Below, one piece after another: positions 29,293-43,000 of a stretch of DNA of 64,000 nt. The notes beneath the pieces are model-generated. The model saw nothing but the letters and a program-made list of their open reading frames with translations. It was not told the origin of the DNA and did no database searches. The stretch is from positions 28,650,401-28,714,400 of the forward strand of contig CM120641.1 of the NCBI GenBank assembly GCA_051362555.1. The letters run 5' to 3'. How positions within the stretch are numbered: position 1 is the first letter of the stretch; each line of letters opens with the position of its first letter. The stretch is from Lingula anatina (lineage: Eukaryota > Animalia > Brachiopoda). A program made the position numbers and the translations under genes.

Positions 29293-29604
29293 TCAATTGC
29301 CGGTGAGTGGTACTTGATCCTTTACTCCCCTTCCAATTATGGCTGAAGGTAGATAAAATAAAAACTGGATCCGTTAACAGAACGATCACTTTATGACCCA
29401 AACAATAGGGGTATAAACTCACATGCTAAAGATAACACTTTTTCATCTACATATATGAAAGCATATATCAAAAATTCGTTCACTGTTTTAAAATGACGGA
29501 AGGGCAGAGAGATATGAGAGTACTTGTAGCATACAAACAAACAAACAAACACACACAATATATATACTGGTATACATATATATATATATATATATAGCGC
29601 GCGC

Positions 29605-29655
<51 letters not shown>

Positions 29656-32600
29656 GACTTGATAGAGAGGGAATGAAACAGGCTCAAAGGCCTATATAAA
29701 AGAAATTTTTCTGGGGTATATAAATTGTGGAAGCCTTTCTGCAGTACTTCTAAATAATATAATATAATATAATATAATATAATATAATATAATATAATAT
29801 AATATAATTTTAGTGACTTACTGTTTTGAGGAACGTCACATCTCTGGTAATATGGCCCGAAATCATTACGCGAAAAATATTGCCCAGGTCCGGAGTAAAG
29901 GGTACATTGCCCGTTCCCCAACTGGACCGCAACGCATCGTGCCATTTTCTCACAGGCCTGGATGCAGCTTTGGACATCATGGATATTTTTCTCAGATAAA
30001 AATGTTCTGTCGTCCGGCATGGCAGCTCCTTGCACCCAGCAACTGGTAACTGTTAAGGTTGGAATTGTTAATAAATATATTACTTTACAACAATTATAGG
30101 GTGGCCATCATATTTTATAAACCATCATCGTGAACGTGGAGAATTGTTGTGTTGCCTGCAGTTGACACCAGATCTTATTCATTTATTTCATATATCATTT
30201 TTATGATTTATTATTTTTATTATTATTATCATTAAAATTTCGTCATTTTGTGTTTGTATGCATGCACAATGAAACAAACAAACAAACAAACAAAAAAAAC
30301 ATGACCAGTCAAAATCTCAGCTGCGAAAAAAACGGTTTTGTGGGAAACATGATATACAAAACTGACGAACCCTGACGCTTAGGACAAGTAACGAAATCTA
30401 AGTCAGGTTAAATAATCTTTTCTAACCTGCGGTTGGTGCTGAAGTTGGCCTAGTGCATGCTTTTGGGAGCACTCTGGTCCCTGGAGCCTGAGGAAAACTC
30501 GACATGCCGTGTATTATTAGTTTCCATGACTTGAGGAAGCCTATAGAAAATAAATATGTATGAATCCTTAGTTATGTACCTTTTCTTGTGTAGATTTTCA
30601 GTTGCGTGATAGATTAACGCCTTAATTGCACAAGCATGCGCAGTTTCTTTTAATCAAAATTGCTTTTCTGAAAGGTGTTGTGAAAGTTATTTTGTAAAAT
30701 TTGTAGACACGGCATTCGGTTTTGAATAAATTTGAGTAGGATTAGATTTTTTTATTTGACCATTAAATGTAGATCGCAAAAATAAATAATATACATACCA
30801 TAATATAACATTATATTTGGGTAGAAAAAACACATTAAAACTAACTACCTGTAACTTACATGATAATATTTCATGCGTTTTCACGTGTTATCATCTTAAA
30901 TGATCTATTGATCAATAAGAAGTGTATAGAGACTGACGGGATCTATTGTCATAACGCGTTTACCGGTACCTTGGTTCTGACGATTGAATATATCTTGCAC
31001 CGAGAGTTTCCATGCGCCATTAAAACCAGATACCACCGATTCACCCCAGAACTGAAAACTCTTCACCTATAATCACAAATAAAAGTGTAAGAAAAGTATT
31101 ACACATGAAAACATCAATAATTTGCTAATTTCATATACATATATTGATAAACAAAATTTACTGAAAAAAATAAAGGACGAAAGTAGCATCAAATAACAAC
31201 ACACAGCGAAAAGGGCACTCGTTTTCTGCCAAGTGTCCTTACTAAAGGATTAATGTTTGTCCGACTATGTTTATAAGCTTTGGCCCTTTGCTAAAGAAAA
31301 AAAAACAGCAGGGTGTTACCTTCCATGTCAAACTGTTACTGTGAGTGTCGACCCGTCTTCCAGGTAAAATTTCTCGACTGGTTCCGGACGGTGAAGTTAA
31401 TGTCATTTTCACGTGGCCTCTTGCTGAATAAGTCAAATCAAAAGCCACCTCTATCTCTTCTATGAATTGGATTTTGCACTGGTGTGAAGAGACATAGACT
31501 AAAAAGTCACTCGGAATTCCACTGAAATGATTTCATGAGCACAGTGTCTAAGAAGTGTCATGAAAAAAGTGCGTTTTTATATGCGTGGGTTGGCTGGCAG
31601 GACCTGGCATTGTTTAAAAAAAGGGAAAACATTGAAAATCAAGGGAGGACTAACGATCAACAGCTCAAAATCCATTTTGACAGAAAAAAATTAATCAGCA
31701 TATGCATTCATTTAAAATATACTTACTGTGCGTGCGAGTTCACCTCACATGTCACTAAATTCGAGGTGCCACCCACAGTTTTCCAGTTATCCACATGTGC
31801 CATTTGTACCATCTTCTCTACATCCAGCACTCCGAACCCCATTGAAGGAGACACTGAAATATCAAATAAAAGCATCACAAGGCGTACAAGCTAAAATGTG
31901 TTTCAGATATTCTATATACGTACTGATGTTGGATACGGAGATGTTCTCCCGTTGGCATCAAAAGAAAACGTTAAGATGAATAATTAAATTGAATGCTTTG
32001 AAGATTTAGAAAATACCAGTACTCCATGGTTTTTCAATAAAATAAGCAGCGGCGTATCAAGAGTGTCAAATAATAATGGTTCTTCCCCTGTATCCAACTG
32101 AAAACATTAAAGTTTTATGCAGGCCTACGCGTTTGAAAGTTTCCCAAAGTTATATTTTAATGTCTACATATCTTTCCAAGATACTAATTTTTCCTAATTA
32201 AGACCCTAAACATTATAAAACCCCTCAAATAAAAGAACCTTTCCGTCTGAAATGTGCAGGAAAACATGACCGTTAAATTAAGAAATTTAGAAAGTAAGGT
32301 AATCAGTATGAGATAAAAACATAAAACAAATGTAAAACAAACACAGAAAGCCTACCTAAGTATCCGGCAGCGTTTCTCTGAAATTCATTGGGCTGAACAT
32401 TCGAGTTGGCTGACCGTGCGATGATATGCTTAACGTCTCTCCAAGTAAGGGAAGGACTAAATATTGTAGAGATAAACTGATAGTGTGAATATTAAAATGC
32501 ATATATGAATGCCTTGATTGACTGAATAAAGGAAGTAAAAAATACAAAATTATTCATTACCGTTACTGTTAGTAGATGAAAGAAACTGAAACTTTAACTA

Positions 32601-33015
32601 TTCATGTCGTGTTCAGTTATATATCTTTCTCTTCTTATTAATGTACACATAATACTACTGATATGGCCTTTGTCAAAATAAAAATATTGAGCCTACTTTT
32701 CCTGTAATATGATTGCTATGGCCCCTGCCGCCATGGGAACCGCAGCTGAAGACTGCCCAAAAAACCGAGTGCAACGACTATCGCCAATAGTGCTTATCTA
32801 AAACAAATGAAAAGTTAGTAGTATTTTCAGTTGGATAACTCTCTCTCTCTCAAACACACACACTCATGTGTTCAAATTTAATGTGCCCAAATCGAATGCA
32901 GAAGAAACTCGTTGGTACATGTAAACTACCAAAGATAAGCTTCGTACACAAATTTCCAGTTTTCAAATCAATGGCGCTGTTATAAAAAGGAATAAAAATG
33001 ACGGCTGACAGAGTA

Positions 33016-33084
<69 letters not shown>

Positions 33085-34616
33085 ACAGCACTTGGGTTTT
33101 TTTATATTAGCTTACCACGTCGCTAGATCCAACATTCTGGGAAGGGGCCGCTGCAAACACCGCACTGCAAGATTCTCCATTAATAAGCTTACGATAATTC
33201 CTATCCACACCAGAAATGCCGAGCGAGTATATATTATTAATATATCCATCATAAGCACAACTGTCATCAGGACCTCCATTTCCCGTCGCCCACAGGTAGA
33301 TGGCCCCTTTCCCACCTCGACCCTAGGTGAAATGATGTTGGGGAAGATGAATGGGATGAGGTAGATAAAGAGGGTAAGGGAGGAAAGGAGGAATTTAAAA
33401 ACCTTCACAAATAATACAAATTTCTTCGATGCCTTGCAAAAATTGAAATAAGATTTTTAGAAAATGGCGTAGAAAATTCAATCGATAACTTTCAGTGCTA
33501 GTTTATTTGCCTTCGCAGTAGCAACGTTTATTTTAAGTTATTTTTCATCACCTGTAATGATAAACATGCAACTCACATTTCTTGTCCCAGATTTGAGGAC
33601 ATCCAGTACAGCTGTGTTCGGGCCACCAATATGAATACCAGAATTTATCACGCCCCAACTATTAACATATATACTTATTTTGTCTGTTCTGAAGGACAGC
33701 GCCTTGGCCTCGAGATCAAATTGAGTTGTTGTGGTTTTCAATCCAAAGATGCGCAAATCTGAAATGCAGTTGTATGTTTAAACTGTTTATTAATATATGG
33801 GACAAATGCAGAGCAGCCATTCACGTAAAAAAAAATAAATATTGGATTTCAATTTTCTCTGCCATTAGCTGTAACACAGTGGTTTCATCACCAGTACATG
33901 AACATGTAAAAACTAACAGATCATCGAATCATTTTAACACTTACAAGTATATTTTAAGATTGTTTTTATTGTAAAATCCAACTTTTTAAGTTGCAAATAA
34001 ATACATATTATTATTATTATTATTATTATTATATTATGCAAAGAGACACTTAAAGGGATAATAACTCTTCGTTTCGGCCGAAAAATGAATTTTCCTGGAG
34101 TAAACAACAATTTTCCCATACTAACCAATGGTTAATGAATCCATTTTTACATTCAAAGTTAGTCCCTGTTTTTTTTTCTAAAAAGTTTGGTTTTTTGTTA
34201 AAATCTCTTCAGAGATTTTAACAGAGTATAGCCATCAATGGAGGTCACCTGATCTAAAGACAAGCTCAGATATCAGAATAATAGCTATAACTGCCGTTTT
34301 GTGGTAAAACAGAATATCTTATATTTCTATGAGTTATTCACAATGTTTTTATTGTGAAATATAGATCTCATACGAAGAGTTATTATCCCTTTAATAAAGT
34401 AAGAATTATTTACTTGCAATTTTGGCGTCTGGCGCCACTCCTACTCCACAGAAATCGTTCATCTTTGCAGCCGCTATCCCCGCAACCTGGGTACCGTGGC
34501 TTTTAATATATGATGATCACATTTTAAAATTATTGCATTATGATTTTTGATTAGTAATATATCAAGTAGTTGTTACCGCTCCACTTCTTTGTTGCGACTT
34601 TGTGTGTGTGTTTTAA

Positions 34617-34665
<49 letters not shown>

Positions 34666-36212
34666 GTCTTAGCTACATAGAAAGGTGCACAATGAATGGA
34701 AACAATATCTAAACTAACATGCAACATATTGCAGTAGGGATTTACCTATCAGTCTTGCTTGTACCGCCTCGAAAATCCCGACTTAAACTAGAATCCTGGA
34801 AGTAAACGATTAAACTCGATCACATGGCGTTCTTAGAACATTTAGTGAATTTTAACAATGGAACTAGGACATCATCTTATAAGCTAGATTTAAACTGCAA
34901 TGAATATCATTCAGATGAAAAACACTGGTTGTCTTACCACAGTGAGGTCACGGTTGTTTTCCACGCCATCGTCAACCACGGCTATATTTACGCCAGCACC
35001 GGTATAACATCGAGCCCAGCCACTCTCCGCCTTCATTCCGTCTAACTAAAGAATTAATAAAAAATACACCGTTTTATCCAAGTATTACACGAAGAGCATT
35101 TCCTCTATAGGTGGTTTTCAATCAAAGGTATGGGGTTTTTAGTACCATTTTAGCGAACTGAAGTTGTTTAACATTTTTTTTACTTTAATAAACCATGCTT
35201 AATATACCATGTGCTTCAAAATTTTTCATCCGTCGAATTTTTTCCAAGTCGAGCCAAAAACTGAAAATATAAGACATTGCAAGGTGCTCATGTGTTTTAG
35301 CTCCGTGTAGAACATTGCTAATCATTTTTCGAGCGGCGGGTATTCTTTCCGTTTATCGCATATGGTTAACCATTATTTTCATTGCCATTTTCATATCGAG
35401 AATCTTATATTTGTGTCTGGGAAATCAAATAATATCATGATTATTGCGGTATCCTTCTTGCTTAACATTCAACAACCGATAAAAGGAGCACATCATAAAT
35501 ATTAAAATCCTGTTACAGAATTTCGGACCTACCAGGTACCATTTTTGATCATTCCAGTTTGGGTCTTGTATATCAACGGTTGACGACATGAGCTCGCGCT
35601 CATTTTCTGTCTGTTGTTGGACCCAGAGCACCTGAGATTATGGTGTCACAAAGAAAAAACATCAAAAGGGGATGAAGACAATTTTAACTATTGTAAAGGA
35701 TAGGAAAGTCATGGAATTCATGGTAGACTGCATTTAATTTTTACTTACTGAAAATTATTTAAACATGGACAAATTCATATATTGTTTAACGAAATAATGA
35801 AAAAAGCTTAGTTTTTGCAGTTTTGATACTAATTTGAGAAATATGTACGCAAATATTAACTTCTTACATTCTGGTGTCTTCCGATGGCATCTGTTAAATC
35901 CGCTGTCTCTTGCGCGGATCGTGTTGGTAGGCCTTCATGTATTAATGTGTAATAATTTTCAAATACCTACATACATACGTACAAAAAAAAAGATATAGTT
36001 GTCATTGAAAGTTTCGATCACAAAAAAGGATTTATCGAAAGCCAATGTTTATTGAGACGGTCTCACGGACACGAAAACTACCTAGGATCAAAATTTCGCA
36101 GGAAACGGAGATTTTGCATGTGTGTGTGTGTGTCTGTGTGTGCGCGCGCGCGTATGTGTACGCAAACATGTTTGTTATCAATTTTGATGTGCAGGCGCGC
36201 TCGCATGTATTC

Positions 36213-36270
<58 letters not shown>

Positions 36271-36649
36271 ACGTGATTTTGATATTCGGAAGAACATATT
36301 TGAATATAGTTATTACCTGTTCTATGTACTGAAGGTTGTATTCAACTGCTATAGCTTTTGCCTCATTTTCATCTCCGTTAACTTTTACCATCCACTTATT
36401 TGTAAACTGCTCACTATTAAAAAACAATTTAATATTCATTGATCGCAGTCAATAGTGTAATTCCGCCAATTACCCTAGGAGCCACTTGTAGCCACAGATA
36501 CTGTCTAAGTTATTTCTTATTCTATTGATGCAAAGCATATACAGCATGAGATAATAAAAAAAAGAGATGTGAAAGTGAGAAAAAAAGAAAACTCACCCAT
36601 AATTTCCTACCAGTGAAAGACAGATGATGAAAAGATTTATTATTTGCAT
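29293..36649 (-). CDS. Divergent secreted kexin/furin-like proprotein convertase (signal, prodomain, S8, P domain, PAN/Apple), about 666 aa
   Basis: 17 phase-consistent exons: 36649-36597, 36413-36317, 35966-35868, 35631-35533, 35045-34938, 34795-34746, 34499-34414, 33758-33577, 33322-33116, 32797-32697, 32456-32356, 31853-31727, 31521-31320, 31066-30970, 30540-30427, 30049-29822, 29342-29293 (last exon least certain). Motifs VVDDG, HGTQVAG, NSWG, WATGNGG, QSSAAVP, LTWRDVKH, MGFGVLD, LTSPSGT, FWGE..G.WKL, CIQAC....CVAV....QCTLY. Confidence 0.9.
29570..29806. repeat. Compound microsatellites (TA, GC, TG, GA, ATAAT)
   Basis: Seen directly; similar tracts at 33019-33080 (TA), 34620-34664 and 36225-36266 (GA), 37716-37751 (AAT), 55727-55761 (TAT). 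Confidence 0.9.
34054..34390. mobile_element. Kolobok-like non-autonomous element, copy 1
   Basis: TIRs AGGGATAATAACTCTTCGT / ACGAAGAGTTATTATCCCT with TTAA TSD at 34050-34053 and 34391-34394. Confidence 0.85.
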
Positions 36650-37710
36650 GTTAACTGCTGATCAGCTCGTCGTCTTCAGTGCTGCGTAGATATCAGGCTA
36701 AGAACATGACCACTGTCAAAAGTTAATACTTTTCGCCGATAAATAAACGTAACTTTGAACTTCTGTCAGGTTTGAAAGGAAAGTATAATCATAAATACAC
36801 GAAAGATATTTTGACTTCCCAAATAATTTTTACCCTGAGTATCAGAGTACATATAGTACAGAGTATGGTCTCTCATACTTCTGCTACACTGTACCGTCTA
36901 TGTTAACGGTGTAGGTTTACTAAGAATCGGGGTGGATTTTGGGTTGATTATGAAATCGCTACTAGGCTGTCTGGATAAATTTTAATGGAATATATTACAC
37001 CGATGTGTGTATGAACGGTTCACACTTTTTATAACGATATATTATTCTTAAGATAGTGGATAAAGATACTTGTATGTCTTGAATACTTTATAGATAAAGG
37101 GTGAAGATACTTAAAAATACTCACCTGCTGACAAACAGCGGATACCAATCACACTTAACAGTCGTACCTTCGTGACACTCTTATCAATATGTCAAAGCGA
37201 TTATCTTCTAACCATATGTCAGTTTCTCGAATATAAACATTTTAGTCCAGATTCTGGGCCGATATAGCTTTAAAACAGAATTTTTGTCTCCTCCATCCTA
37301 GTGTACCACCAACTTTCGTAGTCCCATTCACAACAAGAAAGAAGGCAACAAAGAATATTGATTGCTCGAATTTTGGCCAAACAAGGCCACTTTTATTATT
37401 TAACCCCGCTATCCTAATCATTTTAACAATTTTAACAAATTGTTGTCTGTATTAAATGTTATGGCCTTAAGGATAAAAATTTATATCAAATATTCGAAAT
37501 GACTCATCATCCTAAAAATTATGATGAAACGAGTCAGCCAAAGTTTCGTTTGTGGGGATGCAGAACGGCCCCTAGATTCTGGGCCGATATTGCATGAATA
37601 AGTTTTTCTTTTAAAATCGACATGAAGTCACTCGCTCAATACTAGATATACGATTAAAAATCACGCATGCGTATGTTGCTCATTCTATTGTGGCCAAATA
37701 CATGCATATA

Positions 37711-37749
<39 letters not shown>

Positions 37750-37753
<4 letters not shown>

Positions 37754-37875
37754 TTACTTTCTTACTTATACCTATTACCCCTTTTGGAGCAAAGGCCACC
37801 AACAAGATCTTCACATCTTTCCCTGTTTTGTGCTTTCCTGTCTAGTTGTTTCCAGTTCATCCCAAGTCTTTTTCA
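37750..37875 (-). mobile_element. 5'-truncated 3' tail of an RTE-clade LINE
   Basis: Minus strand reads KRLGMNWKQLDRKAQNRERCEDLVGGLCSKRGNRYK* followed by a TAAG-like tail, resembling RTE ORF C-termini (W..L...AQDR..W..LV.GLC). Confidence 0.72.
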
Positions 37876-39384
37876 GAAAAAAGTAGGAAATGCCCCAAAA
37901 AACTTATCAGAGAAAAGGAAATAAAAATATTCTGGAATCTTTCAGTTTTAAGCTTTGGTATATGAAATATACCAATTTCACGACCAACCCTTGTAAAATA
38001 TGCAAACATTTCAAAATGCTCAAATATAGGAGTAACAGACTGTATTTATTTCAGAGGGTCACTGACTTTTTTTACCCCTCCGCATAAATCACAAAAATAA
38101 ACTTCGAATGTTTAAATTTATCTGTGGTCACAATAAAACATTTAAACGCGTTTAATTCGTTTCATTATTCCAGGCATTTCAAAAATTCTCGGAGCAGCTA
38201 GTCTGTCTTAGTTAGATGCATATAGCAAATTAAAGAAACCAAATATAGCAGGTGTCTCTTTTCCTTGCAGAAGTCGCAGTTACCCTATTTATTGCTCAGT
38301 CAGATTGTTGTATTTGGCGAGTGATTGCCATATCAGCAGGTGTTTGTACTCATTGACACCATCTTTCTTATTTTTCACTAGATGATTGACAAAATTGACA
38401 AGCAACAGCCAAAACAGGCCAGTTAACATCAATTCAGTTGTTCATTTCATCACAATTGTATGTAAATAGTTTTATTCATCCTGTTGCCTCACTCAAAGGC
38501 TAACCTTTGTACCTGAAAAATACTAGATAATTTATGCACAATAAAAGTGAAAAAAGTTTTAAAAATAAGTAGCACGAGTGGCAGAATGGAGAAAGAAAGA
38601 GATAGAAAAGAAAGATAAAATGGAAACAAGAAAACGAAAGGTATGCAGATAGTAGAAAACAAAAGGTATACAGAGAGTAGTAAAATATTACAGACGCGAT
38701 AAGAAGAAAAAAGGATAGTACAAATAGAGAAGAGAAACAAAGATGGCAGTAAAAGATGAGCACAATGAGCTAGTAAATATCTGCCCAAATGTCTAAACAT
38801 CAAGTTAAAATAGTGGATCACACAATAAAAGATACTTCTTCAAATACGCAGAGAAAAATCTGAAAATGTTTAGTAAAGACTAATAATCGATAATACGCGA
38901 GCACATCTAACACATTCTTGATCGGCATTTGGATTAATTATTTTTGCTAGCTTTTATTACCATATCAAAATAATGGTCATACAAATATTAATGATAACTT
39001 TAATTTACGCTTAATTTTCGCAGAGTCAAAACTGACGACTTCGCCTTGTGAAGGCAGACAGTTTACATCTTCAACTTTATTAGTCTATTATACAAAACTG
39101 TAAAACTAAACAGGTTTGATGATCAATATAAACAGCTCCGTCAATATTTCATTTTCATCAACGTACTGGGTAAATAAAAAAGACTAGTGATTCGTTTGGG
39201 AAATGATTCAGAATGTCAATCACACTAGATTTTTAAAAATTATAACACTTAAATGCCCAAATACGAAAAGATAATCATTGGACTATTTTAACCATCATAA
39301 ATAAATGGGTCTATCTGAGTCTAATAATAAAGCAAGAAGTCGTCCACAAATTGACGATCCGATGATGTCTGTAAATCGATTTCT

Positions 39385-39953
39385 TCACATTTCGTGCATC
39401 TTCACGCAGTAAAAGCATTCACTGAGACGATTGTGAGAACCACAACACAGGCAAGTGAAGAAAATGGCGTTTCGGATGTGCTCCCTTCCTGGGCAGACAG
39501 TTTCGCCTGTGGCAGTTTTGCTAAAATGATAGTTATCCAGTAAGTAAATCATGTTCTTCATATCAGTATTATTTTCTATCAAAAAGTATAATATCGCAAA
39601 TCTAGACATCAGAAAGGTAATAAAATTAACATTTTGAGTATGAACATTACACCACTAAGTACAAAATTGCTCAATTTAAAAATATTCTTTAAAATCATGA
39701 CGGACTACCAAGATGCTCATAAGTTCCTGGGTTTTTTATACGTACCCGCAAGTAAAGATCCAGTCACATCCATTGTTAGCTGTCATGGCGTATCTCCACT
39801 TGGCTGGGGCGGGCACCCCAGGAGCAATCTCTGCTGTATCGTTACAGACAGCGTTGTCCAGTTGTGGGATGAAGCCAGATCTTCTTTGGCGGTGAGGTGT
39901 AGGCTCGTCCACTGTGCAAAGTGAAAAGCATTGACGTACTTAAAACATGAACG

Positions 39954-40000
<47 letters not shown>

Positions 40001-43000
40001 AAATTCAAACTACTGAATAAACATTCGTCCTCTGTGTTCACCCGTTTCCCAATTTGAAACCAATTTATGTTTTTAAAGAAAACTTAAACAGCAACAAATG
40101 CATTCAAACTTTGATGTCACCTAAAACAATGCATATTCTCAGAGACAATATTCTCTACTTGACGTCATCATACTCATGACGGCATAAGTAATACACTAAC
40201 AGTGACTTCAAGCATTTGCGCTGTTACAAAGGGAAATGAACGTTTTAGAAAGGACTTCCTTAAATGGTAGCCAACCACACAGGTTTTAAACTTGATTCCT
40301 TACATTTGGTTTTGCAATGATAGCAAGTTATCATTTTTAGTAACACACATGCCATGTGTTGCTGGGCGAGTCATAGGTCATAGAATCTCAAATGAACCAG
40401 CACAATAGCAGCTTGCTCCACAAAATTCAGGATAATTTGATTAGGTTAATGAGTGAGTAGAGAACCAGTAATTGGTTGAACAAAAAAAGGTGTATATATA
40501 AATATAAAGAGCTGTTTATTTGTGCCACAAATTTCGTAAAACCAAAAAATGCGTAGTACATCTAAGGTTTATTATTATTATTCCAATCTGAATAACGGAT
40601 GTTAACTGATATCTACTTATCAGTGATTTCATTTAAAAACCATTTTTCTCCTGAATTTGATCGTGGAAAACGACAATAACGCGTATGCCAGCTGTAGACA
40701 CTCTCTCAATGATAAGATTTAAGTCTTAATATAGGACAAATAAATAAACGCATATCCTGTCACAGTGTGTCCTTACACGCTGTCAGTTATCACGCTCTAT
40801 TAATAGAGACATCACCAAATCATAAGGGTTTACGTCTGTCCTTTTGGCACTGAGAGTGATTATTTGTCGGCCACAAGCTGAGCTATTTCGTAGAGGGTAC
40901 GAGTGTCAAACATTCCAAAAGGCATACCTAAGCTCCATGACAAGGAAAAGTAATGGCTTTAACTGTTATCTAAAAAGTTAGTCATAATAAAGTGAAACCC
41001 CTCCCACTTGCAATTAACTATTTACCTTCTATGAATTCAGCATCATCTGGGACTTTTTCTAAGCGGTAGAGTGGAAACCCAAATCCTTGGACCATTTCTT
41101 GCATCTCTTTGCTCAAGAAAGACATGTTCTCAATTGGACCCTCGGATATGAACCATTTCTGAGCAATGGTTTCCGTATCCTTATCACTCATAGCGCCGCG
41201 ACTCTCAGCCTAAAACACGGCAAAGGGACATACACAAACAGAAAACGTGTAGTACGAACTGTGCACTGAGGAACTTGTTTAGATTGGTATTTTCTTGGAT
41301 TTTCTTACGCTGAATTCTTAAAATACATTTCAAAAAGCCTACCCAAAGTTTCACCATGCTGCTTTCTAACGCCACAGGGTCAGGGAACTGGGTGCGATTC
41401 AGGGGAATAAGATGGCAAACAGCCTTCTTAGGGAAGCAGAAAATTTCCAGACCCTAGAAATAATAAGCGATATACATGTATTAAGTTCTAAGTACTGGTG
41501 TAAAAGTAGTTTCCTGTTGCTAAAAGTTAGAGATTATACATGTTGCAATACATTTTAAGAATTAGGTTTATATACTTTATAAACTTCAGGCCTACCCAAC
41601 TACCAGACTCGGCACATAAGGATCCTGAATTAACCGGTATACCGGACCACACTACCCGTTTCCAGGTGTGTGTCAGTTCGCATTTCGGAGTATCAGTCAG
41701 AACACCGACAAGATGAGCCCGCGGTCGTCCTACAAAATTTATTCTGGGGTACGATACTCCGAAATGCGATCTGACACACACCTTGAAAACGGGTAGTGTG
41801 GTCCGAAATACCGGTTAATTCAGGATCCTTATGTGCCGAGTCTGGTAGTTGGGTAGGCCTGAACTTGAGGTTTACATACTCGAGTATAATTTGTAATAAT
41901 TTCTTTTCGCAGACACATGTGATCGTGTGGTTGAGCTTTTTTTTCATATACATCAAAATGTTTCCTACTTCCTCTAAATTACGAAAGTGCCAGCTAGCTC
42001 TTGGGCAGGAGAAGTTCGTAATGCGGACTCGTTTTAGTATAATTTATCTTTTTTATTAAAGCAACAATAACTCTTTGTTTCGGCCAAAAAATGAATTTTC
42101 CTGGAGTAAACAACAATTTTCCCATACTTACCAATGGTTAATAAATCCATTTTTACATTCAAAGTTAGTCCCTGGTTTTTTTCTAAAAAGTTTGGTTTTT
42201 TGTTAAAATCTCTTAAGAGATTTTAACAGAGTATAGACATCAATGGAGGTCACGTGGTCTAAAGACAAGTTCAAATATCAGAATAAAAGCTATAACTGCT
42301 GGTTTTGTGGTAAAACAGAACATATTATATTTCTATGAGTTATTCACAAGGTTTTTATTGTGAAATATAGGTCTCATACGAAGAGTTATTATCCCTTTAA
42401 CCTCTCGCCACAAGGATAAATTTAGCTTTAGATCATGTCATCCATAAGTTTCGATACTTTTTCTGCACATTTTGGTAGGACCCGCTTTAATTGTTAGCCG
42501 GAATAATTTTATAGGTCGTAGATGTTAATGTCGGCATGTTACCTTGTTGAAGTCTTGAAGAGTCAGGGTTTCTTGTACATCATTGTGCTGGGGAGTTTTG
42601 TACACCACCTGGTTTTTCTCCAAATCAGCCTCAATCTCTTGCACAAACTTTGCCGACTTCTCCGTCACGTGCACATCAAAATGCTGAAAATGTATGGTCA
42701 AACAGTAAAAAAATGACTTTAGACAATAGAAACCTATTCACTTGAACGGGAAAACAACTATGAAAATAATGTTTGTGTATATTAAACATTTCATATTTGT
42801 AAATAAAATCGTTGTGCAAGTTATTCCTTAATTTATATTTAGCTTGGAAAATTATATGCATGGATACGGTCACGTTCAGATTCTACGGGTGATTGCCACA
42901 CCACATGTGTCAATCCGTTATTTTATTGAATATATATATTCTTACCGCCGTCTGTGATCTTTTTGCCACAAATTTTGCGCTACACAAGGCAGCAAGACAC

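Noticed and set aside
38489-38821. Hydrophobic minus-strand ORFs resembling membrane proteins
   Set aside because: Produced by an A/G-rich low-complexity tract; no splice or motif support.
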